Source of the DNA: Perkinsus chesapeaki ATCC PRA-425
Lineage: Eukaryota > Protista > Perkinsozoa
Reading direction: 5' to 3'
Assembly: GCA_013115145.1 (NCBI GenBank)
Contig: JAAPAO010000127.1
Location: 3,552-67,551 of the forward strand
DNA: 64,000 nt
This document shows positions 45,801 through 58,770 of this stretch, piece by piece; positions within the stretch are counted from its first letter, which is position 1, and every line of letters begins with the position of its first letter. The notes under the pieces were generated by a model. The model was not told where the DNA came from, did no database searches, and saw only the letters and a program-made list of their open reading frames with translations. The position numbers and the translations under genes are program-made.

Positions 45801-46116
45801 AGAAGAATCCTCCGGTAAATGCCAACATAAGCGTATTGACAATCAAGTAGTTATCCATTTTGGAGATGGTAAGATCGAAAAGGTCTCGAATATCCTCACG
45901 GTATAGTCTAACTTGGTCAAACCGGCATTTCTGTGTATGGTACACCTACAGGCCAGAAGAGAATCTTAGGGTTGAGCGTGCAAGATACATAATAGGTTAC
46001 CAACCTGCCCTTACCCTTTTCTGATTAATCTTCCTATTGAACATAAAGTTCTGCCTATTGTACTCAAAGATGCCCTTAACACCTTCAAACATCGAACCGA
46101 CTTCCAAGCCTCCCAT
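42863..46116 (-). CDS. Hypothetical multi-pass membrane protein, multi-exon
   Basis: FEYNRQNFMF..|..QVRLYREDIRDLFDLTISKMDNYLIVNTLML..LRLPVP..HFYLFYQLQQHWQGFDAYTRVCM|VIGTNQLLDAITY..; several TM segments; resembles an alveolate family I recall but cannot name. Confidence 0.6.
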
Positions 46117-46895
46117 ATTAGCAACTGCTACAGTAACTTATCAATAAATAGGAGATGGGCCGCCCAAGCAAACACAAAGCTGAGAGAAGTCAATAGAACA
46201 AGATCTCCAGTTGCTCCAATGACGAGGATTATGTCTCTTTGAAACTATACGATACATTATCCCCTAGGTATCGGAGTAGGCCCTACCCGATCCGTATTCA
46301 CTAAGGCTTACTGTTCCACCAGACTTAGTGGATTCTAGCAAACGTCAAAGGTGGGACCCCTACATTCTAGCAACCCTTGGGAATCCTACAAATGGTGTCA
46401 CACAAGCTAACGGGAGCCTCAGCACTGTACTGTGAGGGAAGTGTTAGACGAGGGAAGCTGAAGACGATTATATAAACTGCGTTAAAACGTTACCGATCCG
46501 ACCCTCGGATAAGTTTACACACGTATAATCGTCTACTCATCTGATATTGTTAGACTAGGCAAAGATCGGCTGCAAAGTCTGGTTTCGTATCTCCGTATCA
46601 AGTCTAGCCGCAATACAGGGTACTGCGAGAAAGGATCTTCTGTTTTTCTGAATGCGGAGCGAAACAAAAGATGCCCAGCCGTTTGTGAGCTGAAGAGCCA
46701 TTCGCTATTTCTGCCGTGTGAATCAATTTGACACTCGAGTCGGGCTCCGGGCTACGGCTGGGCAAGTGAATGGCTACATAGAGAAATGTCCTACTGGATC
46801 TGGATTGTCGTTGAAAAAGAAGCATCCTGAGCGGTATGTAACATTGTATCGTCATTATCTCCGCACCATTGTTCGTTGAAGCCTGTAGTTGATGG

Positions 46896-47714
46896 TTGAA
46901 AAAGTGCCACAGTTGTTATATTATGCCAGGCATCATCTGTTCTGTTAACTATTTATCAAAAGAACTGGACGCTTTTATCTCAGAGTACAACTTGAGTGCT
47001 AACTTCAACGAATTGCTCCGCTACTCCTATCCATCTCATATCTGCCATAAACTACTACGCGATTGCCGCTATCTACCCACCCACAAGCCCTCTGAAGAAA
47101 CCGTGGAGGAGTTCTTAACCGAAGAGCTGCAGAGGCGAAGCTATCCCACTAGCCGTGCTGTGCTGCGCTCCGGTAGCATTCTACAGTGGCTTCTCAGTAC
47201 GCCTGTGAAGAGCCGTTTTCATATCTTATCTGATCTGAGCCTCGGTCATATAGAAATGCTAATAGATGAGTTTTGTCATGAAGGAACAGTCGATCGATCA
47301 GAGTACGATCGCCTTCGATATGAAAACGCCTACGACGCCGTGGCCCACGAAATATACCTTGCCATTAGAGGAAGCGCTGTCTGGTCATCTACTACCGTAC
47401 CCACGCCGTCAAGTGGCTACAGGGAGACTTTCAGGTACTCTAGAGGTTCAACTGGTTACCGTAATGCAGAACTGAAACCCCGGAATCAAACGAGATCTCC
47501 GCGACCTCGTTGCCATGATAGTGGTAAAGGATTCAATTCGAGATCGATGAACCATCCGTATCGGCAGCGAATGTTATCTACGGCTGAGGCAGCCGAGCCT
47601 ACCTGGAGGGACACAAGTGCAACTCGGGTTAAATCGGAAACGCCTGAACGAACTTCCAACCTACCGTGGTGGCAGCTGATAAGTCACCGACTCGATGGTT
47701 CTGAATGGAAATAA
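46896..47714 (+). mobile_element. Intronless ORF, possibly gag-like
   Basis: 272-aa helical-looking ORF with EETVEEFL and a basic/Ser-rich tail; no pol found nearby. Confidence 0.3.
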
Positions 47715-49005
47715 TATAATAGTTTTCATCTATGCCAGAGTATGGCAGCCAGACTGTCAACATTTCATTGTTCACACTTTCTTTGCTGATGTACGTTTTC
47801 GTCTCTGATCTCATCTCGGGTTCTTGTTAGTATTATACAATAAACCCATCCTGGGTCATCTCAAAATGCGAGTAACAGTCCCATCTATGATGCACTCTGT
47901 TCACATTGATTTCCTTTCCCAAGTTTGATAATATGAATCGCCTCCTTGCATTCGTGCTTGTAGTAGAATCCAACACAGGTGTATTTGCTCATAATATACT
48001 ATAATCATAATATTGTTATGAAGTAAAAACCACGGCCTCAACCTCCCAATGGGACGCTGCCATCGATCAATCGAGATAGCCAATGAGGCGTGTACTTGAA
48101 AAAACTCGGAACATATCATATACTCATGCCTACTTTCCTTAGCATCAGCATTGCTACATGTTCAGAAGCCAACGAGGCAACCAATGCAACATACACTCTA
48201 TAACGACTAGTTAGAGTCGGCACTGTGGCAGGTGGGAACATCAACGAACAGATCAAGTGGCAAGATCAGAAACGACAATTAGGGGAAAACGACGGACATC
48301 TTGTTACACCTAGTACTGCTGCATTCTGGGAACAAAACATTTTTATTATAATTCACACATGCATAAAAGTGTGTGCGTGGGAGCGAGCGCGACGCTCTCA
48401 GGAAGTACTACCCCGATCGCCCACAGATAGTCATGTTTACTCCACCTCAATCTTGTGCTTTGATTCACCAATTTGGTGAGCTTACTAGAGTGGCTCCTGA
48501 TAGGATGGAATGTAATTTTCGTCTAATTCAGGATGATTTCGTTGCTCGAGCGTGCTGATCCTGTTGTTCCGCTAAAAACTATTCGGTCCTAGCACTCTGG
48601 CACCTGGCGACATCAGGCCGTTTTAGCCAAACACCGTTCGCAATTCGCATGCAACAAGATCACTCGGACACATCTATAGCGCAGCCTGTAGTCATCATTT
48701 AGGGACCAACGTTTGCGACGCGTCGATTTACAGTGTCACTTAAATATGTCCTGGCAGCCAACAGTAGTATGCGACCAATATCGGCGCTGACATCGTCACT
48801 GATAATTCATCAGTGCTACCATTTACTCAACACTATCAAATCTGGTGGTATCAGAAGCTATATTCAGCAAAAGAAGGAAAAGGATCATCTAATGCTGCTA
48901 TTTGGTGACTGGCAGTCACTCACTGACTGTTTTGACCAAATAGATTGGGTAGGATAGACCAAGTCGATGGTGAGACGTTTACAAAATAGTCTACCATACT
49001 TGACA

Positions 49006-49764
49006 TTACCTTATAAAAGGTTCAAACGGCGACTTCGACTGGACGGTCCCGTTGTACAGCGAGAAGCTGCGAGAGAAAGACTTGGATAAGCTGAAGTAGT
49101 TAACGTTCAGAGTTCCATACATGTGCCACTTGAGACCATCTCCAGAATCAGCCGCAATCTCCACACTTACCCTAGTAGTCGACTTATCATCACCTTTACC
49201 AGTGGTAACCTCTTCGTCAATCTCAATTAGACTGAACATACGCATAGGTACATAATCTACCAACTCCTTGTAGTGAACCTTGCAGCTGCCTAGAGTTGAG
49301 AAGGGCAAACTTATATCTTTCTTGCCCGACTGCTTTATGTCGATGTCTCCCTCAACATAAAAGTCCAATTCTTTCCCTCCATAAATGTCATCTCCACCTT
49401 CCTCCTTCACGGGTGGAATCGTAAATCGAACGGTGATGTCCATGCCCTCATCGGCCAAGGTCTGTTTGAGCACAGTACCCCCAAGTCCTTCCACACGAAC
49501 CCTGAAACTGCCTGTCTCATTAGGGACAGTGGCTCCGCAGGCAAGTTCAAGATCGGTGTAGGCCTTGTTGGTGAGGTCGGCAGATTTGAGACGGTAACCA
49601 CCAAGTAGAACTTCGGAGTTACCCTTAACAAAGAAGCAGTTTTTATTGGGAATCTTCTCACCTTCGTAGCAGTTCTTAGGACTGATAGCCAGATAGTCTA
49701 TAACCTGTTGCGAAAGGGCGACAACACACACCAACGCCAGAATGCCAATGATTGAGAGGATCAT
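49006..49764 (-). CDS. Hypothetical secreted protein, intronless
   Basis: 252-aa ORF with N-terminal signal peptide MILSIIGILALVCVVALS. Confidence 0.75.
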   Translation of the reverse strand: MILSIIGILALVCVVALSQQVIDYLAISPKNCYEGEKIPNKNCFFVKGNSEVLLGGYRLKSADLTNKAYTDLELACGATVPNETGSFRVRVEGLGGTVLKQTLADEGMDITVRFTIPPVKEEGGDDIYGGKELDFYVEGDIDIKQSGKKDISLPFSTLGSCKVHYKELVDYVPMRMFSLIEIDEEVTTGKGDDKSTTRVSVEIAADSGDGLKWHMYGTLNVNYFSLSKSFSRSFSLYNGTVQSKSPFEPFIR

Positions 49765-51239
49765 TTGGTGGGAAAGAGCTGAAGGATTACCTCAGATGAG
49801 CAACTTATCGTTGACTCAGCGACGCTGACCCAATGAAGAAGCAGGGGTCTACCACGGGAGAAAATTACGACTAGAACTTTACGACGGAAGGAGATTCGAC
49901 GATTGTCGACTCCTTGCACTACTAGTAGCACTCAAGAGGGTAACGATTTGATCAGCTTAATTAGCTCAAGCTGCGGGGAATACGTGCAGCCCGGTTTGGC
50001 TAAAAAACGAACAACCGTATTAATAGGGATACAAAACGACATCATGTCAGTTCTTGGTAGACGGGCTAAATGGTGCAACCTCGCAGATGTACCGAAGATC
50101 ACTTCTATGGAGAAGCAGTAAGCTTGCCCTCACAAGTAGTTCGAGAATTTATATGGTCACCGTCACATTCCTCGTCGCCACTGAAGCCGAGCTTACCGAG
50201 CGCTTTCTTATTTTGTAACAGAAACAGCGAGTGTACAGACTCTCTACTAGAGAATCACCTGCATACGCAAGTTGCAGCTTCCGCTTCACATTGCCTGCAT
50301 TCCCGAAGCAGGTGCACTTCTGCCAACATTAGAAGATTCTAAGGCTTAGAATCTAAGCGTTCCGCGGACTTAATTTCGGACGTTCTTTCGTTGGTCGACA
50401 TTAATGCATCCCTGAATCCGGGACCATGATCTAAAGGCTTCTGAAAAGTCGCAACGGTAGAGTTCCCTATTAGTGATCCGTTATCTGGGGTGCGGCCGAG
50501 CTTCAGGTTCGAGTATTCCACAGGTGGTAATGTGGCATTCCGAATGCCTACACACTCGGAATGAGGTACTCCCGCGTTTGATGGGATGTAGATACGCGTG
50601 CAGCTCGTGGCGCGCACCGCGGGTGTAAAAGAAGTGGATAATGTCTATTTATTAGCATAGGCTATGTCACTCTATTTGCACTAGTTTGAGATTAGCTGTG
50701 CTAGGATTTCAGTATAACTTAGTCAGTGTAGGTAGCTGAGAATTGTTATTTTTCCACTGTCCTTTGAAGTTGCACAGTTTGCTATTAGCTATGTGATCTA
50801 CTCTGTTGCACGCATACGTTAGGCTTTTCTGCGCCTTGGGTTGGAAATTCTTTCTGGCACTCAACAAGGGTGGTTCTTGCATTACTCGTGATACGCAATG
50901 CGCACTGCGCATCCACGATGCAAGCAGTGCTTAAGCATCGTGGTCAAAATCATCCTGCGGGAGTTCCTTAATCCGACGCGCGTGTTCCTGCCGGCACGAC
51001 GCGGTGGGTAGGTGTTTTCCAGCTCTGAGCAGTATGGAGGAAAGCACCGAAATAGCAGAATTAAGAAAAGTATAGCTATTGAGCTGATAGTACACTCTAC
51101 TGAGTAGACTCTACTCCGAGTAGACTACTTGTATAAGTTAATCTTATCAGAAAGAAAGGTTCCCTGATTATTTCCCTAAGAAACTTACTAATATTTTCGG
51201 GGATTCTTCCTTGATTTTCCCCTGTCCCACTGTAATATC

Positions 51240-51527
51240 TTGCGTAATGACTTGGTGGAGGGATTAGCCTGGGACATATCTAGGCATTGGTCAGCTTGTA
51301 GAGAGTATTTGTTCAGAATAAAGCAAGTAGACAGCCCTTTCTGTAAGCTATGCAGTTTGGATGATAATAGTAATGCTGTAGATGGTATTGATCACATACT
51401 CCTTTTCAATTGCCGCAAGAATGAGAACATTCGAATTACTTGTTCCGGAAGTTCTACAATTGTGGCAGATAGAGACGACTTTGTTAGTAGGAAGTTCCTA
51501 CTAACAAAGTTCCTACTAGGAACGTAG
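51240..51527 (+). mobile_element. Non-LTR retrotransposon 3' remnant (C-terminal zinc-knuckle region)
   Basis: YLFRIKQVDSPFCKLC..IDHILLFNC matches the YLxRI..xSPxCxxC..H...C pattern at the end of LINE ORF2. Confidence 0.55.
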
Positions 51528-51843
51528 TTGATGTCGCGCGGTTCGTTGCTTTAGCGAGGGGCTTATGATAAATATTCTCCTGCCTTCTCCATTCCGTCGA
51601 ATGGAGTTCAGGTGATACCACAGCACTGCTTATCAACGTAGCAAAGTCTGTGCTGCGGAGGGCAGCGCAGGACTCGGAGGGGCACCCCCTCCGAGGGAGT
51701 CAGATCTGATGATCGGATTCTGATCGTGAGGTCAACATACAACTAGGAGATCTCTGTCTTTTTCAGTAAATGCGCGAGTTATGACCAGGTCATTATGACC
51801 TACTGCCAGTAGGCTACTGGTACACCTTCATCACCGAGGAACA

Positions 51844-52224
51844 TCACTTCACCCCAGCCGCTGCGACTATCTTATGCACTAGCGGCCGTGTACGATCAGG
51901 CTTTGCGACAGGATCAGCAGCTCCCGGATCGTGCCGTGACAGTTCCTTCATCAGGCGTGGTTGGCTGATGTGGAGGTCAAGTTGACGTCCCATGCAATCA
52001 TGCACATATAAGAATATCGAACTTCCAAACACAGTTTGCCTGTGTAAATGCATATCCTGTTTACGGTCCGAATCAGCTATTTTCAAAACGCATTTCTTCA
52101 AAGGACCGATTCTAGCGGCCCAGCAGCCTGAAAAGACCATGGCTTGCTGTGCGACTCTGCACCGAGCAACTCTTGGCAGATATAATATATTTTTGATGAT
52201 CAGTTTCTGATCGGATATATCCAA
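51844..52224 (-). pseudogene. Possible tyrosine-recombinase (DIRS/Crypton-like) remnant
   Basis: AMVFSGCWAARIGPL weakly resembles box I (xxxGxRxxEl), but the catalytic Arg is absent; a downstream frame gives HLNSIRR. Confidence 0.25.
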
Positions 52225-53739
52225 TCATGCTATGGATCCCATCATGGAGTTCCGGTCCGGAACTCCAGCATTTCCGGAACTTCCGGAAATTCTATTCCCA
52301 ATGGACATTTCCTATACCACTTCTTATTGAGGAGTCCTTAGGTAATACCTAATGAGTGAGAGCACAGCTTCGGAATTGTTCGGCACTGACCATCCTAGGT
52401 CTTGCTAAACAGTTGCCAAGTAAGTAGGTTTGCTCAATCAAATACCAAACCTCACGCGGATGGCATATCCCACCTCTTTTCATGAGTGTGTCTACGACCT
52501 CATCTAGTCTGGGCATGCAGCTGCCAAGTAGGATAAACACGACAGCGAATACCTGTGATATTCACCGATATTATATCATCGATGAAGACATAATCTTCAT
52601 TCATGATTCATCAAAATGTGTGTGCGTTGAACAGACGGCGCCACGACCAAAAGTGGCATGGTTTCCTCCGGGAAACCAAGTATTTCCGGTACACATGTAA
52701 AAAAATCGGAGCAGGCTATCCTGCACCTTCAAGGCGTATCAAAGACTTCGGAAACACGGGTGTTGTTACGGATACACAATCTCCGCGCTATCACATCCGG
52801 GTCCTAAACCTTAGGACTTAAGGGTTCCGCAGGAGCGACGAGTGGCCACTTTCAGCTTGCCCAACGTGTCTCAGCCACCGCCAATACCGAATAAGAATAC
52901 TTACTCAATAAGTACTGTCTCTGCTTTTGCTTCCGCAAAACGCTTCTCAGCTGACAGCCACAAGTCATATATATCTACTCTCTGTTACACGCGCTCTTAC
53001 ACAGACTTATCCGGATTTCAGAACTTACCGAACATACAGTCCTCCAAATAAACTTAGAATATTTTGAAATAATATCATTACTTCACAACGGGAACGAGTT
53101 TAGTGCTCATCTTCGGATATGTTATGCATATGGTAGTTCAGACCCACTTGTCAAAATATTGTACGGGACTCACGCATAGGCAGAAGCGGTATTTATTAAG
53201 TATTCTTATTCGGTTCACGGCGTCGTCGACCCACCCAATGCACAGCCTAGTAGGCTAAATCTATCGCCGATAATGCAGCCCAAAAAATAAAGTGTCGTTC
53301 TCATCGTTCCGACGCATATCCATCAAAGACTTTCTAGCGAATTATTGGGGACTCACCAATCATTCGAGTAGTGCTCTCCAATTGACTGTCCATTATGGAC
53401 AGCTCCATTCACTCAAAAACAGTTGGTTCGAGTAAGTGATTTTGCGAGCTGCTCAGTGATTGTGTCATTCACTCTTATTTACTCTTATAACACAAAATAA
53501 GCGCTTGGTAGAAAGGGATTTCGGTAATACCGAATCGGCGGTATATTAGAAAGTAAAGCCTTGATCATTACGAATTGATCCGTGCTTAGCTGTTGGCTGA
53601 GGAAACCAACCAGGTGATGCATACCTAATAACGAACAACCAGTTGCCGTATAATACAACTTGCCTGAAGCTCAAGCACGCCATGGAGTAGTCAAGCCTAA
53701 TGTAATCCTATCCTAATGAGCTCTCACTGTAGTATTACA

Positions 53740-54050
53740 AATTTATAAACATATTGTAATCATAGTAACATAAGCTAATCTATATACTATTATAACAGTA
53801 CTTACACTATATAGTAATACTATAATATATAATAAAAATATATATATCTACATCACAATTTATACTCTCTTATAGTTTTTAGATTCATTATTGATGCATA
53901 CTTGTTAGTAACAAGTCACAAGTTGTTACTTTATAATCTATATACTATTTTGATACTTATACTATATATCAATAATAATACATAATACAATATAATAATA
54001 ATAGATCTATATTACGATTTATATTACTATATAATTTTTAGAATCATTAT
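53740..54050. other. Extremely AT-rich low-complexity island
   Basis: ~300 bp dominated by TATA/AAT runs in an otherwise mixed-composition region. Confidence 0.8.
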
Positions 54051-56916
54051 TGATCCACACTGGTTATGTACTCCATTACTGGATTTACCCCACTGCCTGG
54101 TTCACCCTCCCCTTACAATCCAGTCTTATATTTATAACACTGCCACACACTCCATCCACTGACCAGACTAATACCCAACAGCGCCATAGCTGACAAACGA
54201 TAATTACAATTGGAGCCCCTCAAATTGAAGAACACTTACACAGAAATCTAGACTTCCTCGATTTGATCCAATATGGAGCCCGAACTGCAGCCAAGAGAGA
54301 TAATCCGGATACTATCATCATCGATGAGCAGAAGAGGCCTTCGCCCAGATACTGACCGCGAAACTGCGGCAAATTGAAAAAAATAGTTTTAAAGAAAATA
54401 GGGAAAAAGTTTGGGGCTACTTACTCCTTTCAAAATGTACTCTGTATTTCCATTCCTATCTCGTCCGGAGAATATCATCCCATTAAGCAGGTTATAGAAA
54501 ATACCAGAAGTTGATATCATCTGAACGAGCCATCGGACGACCAAGGTTCGAACCCCGGGGCTTCCTACTTCTATCAAAAGTGCTGCAATAATGCATACCA
54601 CATGCCACCTTCTGGCTGCATATAGTCCATAAATAATGAGGCCGATTGCTGCTAGGATGAGACACCATACTTTCACGGCGTGCTGAGAATAACTAGTACT
54701 CAGGTGAGATGCGACAAATATCCCAACAGACGCAACTGTGAAATTTGGATGACGAGAAACAAAAGGAAGCCATCGAAGGACATTAAACAGACCCGTTCTC
54801 GATAGATCTCTGCGACGAATCTCCTATGTACGTGATTGGATAATTCACCTCAACAATTCTGCCAAAAGTTTTACTGAAACGCGTCACGCTATCGATTTAT
54901 TTTCTCGGACTGTAAGGCCTAGCTGAACTCGGCTAGTTCTCTCCCATAGAAAGGAAGGCAAGTGTGAGTTCCTGGCAGAGTCCGTTACAGATACCCTCAT
55001 TCCCTTACTACCATAACTCTCTCCTGTTTGGTAGTGTACGCTTCTACATGCTTCCCAGTTTTGATATTCATCCAATCGAGTATCTCACCAACTGGTGGTT
55101 CTAACTTGGTCTGATGGTAGATCTCCGATGAAGCTATCTGATATTCTCTTAGGGACTTCTTGTACTTCAATTTTGACCCTTCATGGAGGTGAACCTATGA
55201 GCCAAATTCAGGCTAAGCAATCGGTTCTCCTGAGCTGGCTTTGAATGTTCCATTAAGGTACACTGCTCGAAAAAAGTATAAAAATGAACGTGCGTGAAAA
55301 CTACGAGTGTTTCAGCCCCTAGCCAAACGTATCAAATTGAAGAGCAGAGATCTAATGCCAGCCTCTTCCATAGTCGGGCCTCCAATTGACAGTTCCTACA
55401 ACCGAGCCTTCTCCATATACTACCAAATGTGGCACTGACTTGAAGCCGTGCAGCCTCTGCAAGTCCCTATTATGAAAGGCATTCATTTCCACAAAGAACA
55501 CTGGCTCTTCATCTTCGTCTGACTCTCCTACCGCTCCCGCCTGAGAAATCGGTCAAGTGTCCGTCATTCTTCCCGCCGAAAAAAATCTTTTTAAAAGACT
55601 CCGCAACCAGTTTTACATTGGAAGCGTTGTTCACTTCAAAACTATTTCCTCTTCATGGCCCGGACTCGTTAGGAGAATAAAATTTATGTTAAGCTCATAT
55701 GGGCTCTTCCCATCCCCGTAATAGATCCTCGATGGATAAACCCCCGAGCCCCGAGGTTGGGGAATCCACTGTTATTACCATATAATGTGACATGGCCGCC
55801 TTATCGAATGCCTCACCAATAGGACCACAGACATCACATACCGCTCCCGGAGCGGTAATGAGGACAAATGCATGGTATGGACGAGGGTCCTCGAGAAGGA
55901 GCCTCCTGTATTCTTCAGTGCTAAGGGATATCTTGGCCGACCTGAAAGGAATCTTTCCAATGGGAAGATATATTTATAATGTGATATTATTTCTTATTGT
56001 ACTAACTCCAGCTGCTCGCAATCAGCCACTATTTCGAACAATGTCTCCCGTTTTAAGGCGGACTCGTAGGTGGGATTGTTATCGAACAACATATTGCTCG
56101 GTATAATAGTATATGCTACCACTACTAAATAGACTGGATTTGAGGCTTTGGAAACCTCAGAGAAGCATCAGGAAAATGCAGACAGGAATCAAAATATCTG
56201 ATAAACTAATTATTTCAACGTTCAATTCTAGAAAAAAAAGCAAGCTTTACTCTGAGTGTTACGATGTAGCAGATTGCTGACTCCGCTGGTATCCGTATCT
56301 ATATTCTCTCGGGTGCGCTACTCTCTCGAGTGCGCGGATGCAAGAAGATATGCACATCATTGGACAGTTTCAGAGGAAGAATGTAACAGTGACGATCGGA
56401 TGATGATTGATAATTGTGATAATTCGTCTACTCATTGATCATATTGTATATCTCTCAGTGGTTCTTTCTTCCTCTGATTCACTTGCCAACTCGGGTACAG
56501 CTCGAGTCCCTAATCCACACTATTACGGAGAGCGACCTTGAGTTGTTCAGTGACTCGGAGTACGAGGACTACGAATCAGCTAACGAGATGACTACAACGA
56601 ATGACACTATTATTGATATGGTCCAAATCTACTACAACAGGTTCTATAGTTGGTACCAATAGTGTAAATAGTAGTATTGACGCTATTACGTCTTAAAGCG
56701 AGTAGTTACTCTTGATAATCTAGCATTGCATTTTACAGTAGCCTTTAGTCGTTCTTAATTCCCATAATACCCATACTACCGGCCTCCAGTCTCCTCGTAA
56801 GCCTCCTGTGTGAGTTGTTCAAGCCTATGCTTCTTAATTTCACCATTACTCGTAGCGTTAGTACTACAGTATATTGTAGCTAGTAGTAACAATAGGAATC
56901 TATAAGGAACCATTTA

Positions 56917-57032
56917 CTAAACAAAGTAACTGTCAATAGTTGCCAATAGGTTCAATGACTTATTAGAGCCTCCTCTAAACAAAATAACTGTCAACAGCCG
57001 CCAATAGCTTCAATGACTTATTATAACCGCTT
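56917..57032 (+). repeat. Two-unit 58-bp tandem repeat
   Basis: ctaaacaaagtaactgtcaatagttgccaataggttcaatgacttatta / ctaaacaaaataactgtcaacagccgccaatagcttcaatgacttatta. Confidence 0.85.
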
Positions 57033-57418
57033 CTTTCATTTAATATAGGCTTCCCCGGAACAAAACTGGATTCCGAGTCGGGTTGGTAGAGTGCTTTGAA
57101 ATACCTGGTTACCTGATCTATACATTTTATTGAAAAAGATATGCATCAATCGTGGCACGCGAAACATCGCGACATTTTTATCAACTACCTTAACAGCTAG
57201 AGCCCAATGATAAAAATACGATTGCATTAAGACCGGATTTGTGGATTATTCGACATAGTAATACTATGAATGTATGACATTATAGTGTGAACGGTTTAAA
57301 GCAAACCGTCTACGTGAGAAAGGATCTTTCTTGCACTTTGCGCGAAATTGGCATTTAGGCGTCGAACCGGACAAATAAACGGTTACCAGTCTCCAGTAGT
57401 ATTGTTATTCTCCATGTT

Positions 57419-58252
57419 ATGGTGACATTCTTTGACAAGTTCACAACAGTGATTGTCATTGGAGCTCTCGTTGCTCTCGCTCTACAAGGGTGCCCAACTA
57501 AGGCAGATCAGCAACCTCTATCAGACGTCTCGACTTGCTCCTGGGCTGGTAACAATGGTAACAGTATCGACCTGACCAAAAATGGGAATGTTTTCATGTT
57601 GAGCTCTTTCACATGTGGCAAGGAAACGCGGTGAGAAAAAATTTTGGTGACTGAAAATTGTGCTACGTTAAAGTTTGAAACGAGTCACTCAACTTTAATT
57701 AGAGCATGTGCACTTTTTGGTCTAAAATTCGGAGAAAATGCGGACACGATGGATGCGCACGAAGTTGCTCGTTGCTTTCTCGGTGAAGTATTCAATTTTA
57801 GAGTCCCGAAAATGGACGTCCTACGGTGCTCGTTCTAGTCGGATTTCTTCATTTGCTATTCCACTTCTCCAGTAGTCTCTGAGTGCATATAATTCGTGCA
57901 CTTAGTTTTAAGAAAGTGTTCGGAAGGTACACTACACAGCACCTCAACCAGCACAGTAATATGGTGGCAGCGTTCACTGTGTCATCCGACGAGAAAACCG
58001 CTTCTAATTGCAAGGAGCTACTCAAAGTGGTTGCTAATAAACTCACCGATGAGAAACAAAAAGCAGGCAAAAGCTCGTGGTTTGGTCATTCAAAACCTGT
58101 GCAGTGGCAGGATGTCTCGCAGACTCTCTGCCTTTTGGCCGAAACGCCGGGAACTGGTCACTTCCAAGCACCGTCCCTTAATCCATTACAGAGCCAGGCA
58201 GGCTTCGTTCAGCAACAGCATCAACAACAACAACAACAACAGCAACAACAGC

Positions 58253-58284
<32 letters not shown>

Positions 58285-58605
58285 CTGCCCAGACAACAGG
58301 CGTCGGTCGCTCCGGCGCTTAACCAACCTCAACCAGCTCAGATTTACACTGGTGCGCAGCAACCAATAGGTGTACAAGTACAGCAGCAGCAGCAGCACCA
58401 GCAAAGCGATGCTGCACCAGTTGACGGGGGGCAACCATCTAATCCAGTAATAGCGGCGGCCCCATTCCAACCTGTTCAAAATCTTAACCAAGCACCACAA
58501 GCTCAAGAGCAGCCTGCAAATAGTGCAGCGACGCAACAGCAGCTAAACACTGGAGTTGGTCAGCCTGTGATGGCGGTAGACGGTGGCCAAAGAGTCGGCG
58601 GATAA
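57419..58605 (+). CDS. Hypothetical secreted protein with polyQ/Q-rich C-terminus, probably multi-exon
   Basis: Signal peptide (VIVIGALVALALQG), GTGAG donor at ~57630, downstream open segments 57644-57838 and 57883-58605. Confidence 0.55.
58209..58284 (+). repeat. CAA/CAG microsatellite (polyQ, ~20 consecutive Gln)
   Basis: Directly visible (CAA)n with CAG interruptions. Confidence 0.95.
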
Positions 58606-58770
58606 GAAATGATTTATAACCATGTTCTTCATGTACCTGTGATGTTGTTGGTAAGATTCGATTGTCTCGTTGTTACAAGATAATAAACACTCTTAGCGAG
58701 TATCAGTTGGTCGAACAAGCGTTACGAGTTGTATCCGCAGCTATTGTTGGTTATACAACAGTCTAGCAAC

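Noticed and set aside
48020-48560. Integrase-like remnant (PQPPNGT..)
   Set aside because: Resemblance to HPQxNG is too weak and there are no DDE residues in frame
54541-54565. B-box-like ggttcgaaccccgggg
   Set aside because: No T-stem pairing and no acceptor strand/oligo-T spacing like the other fragments
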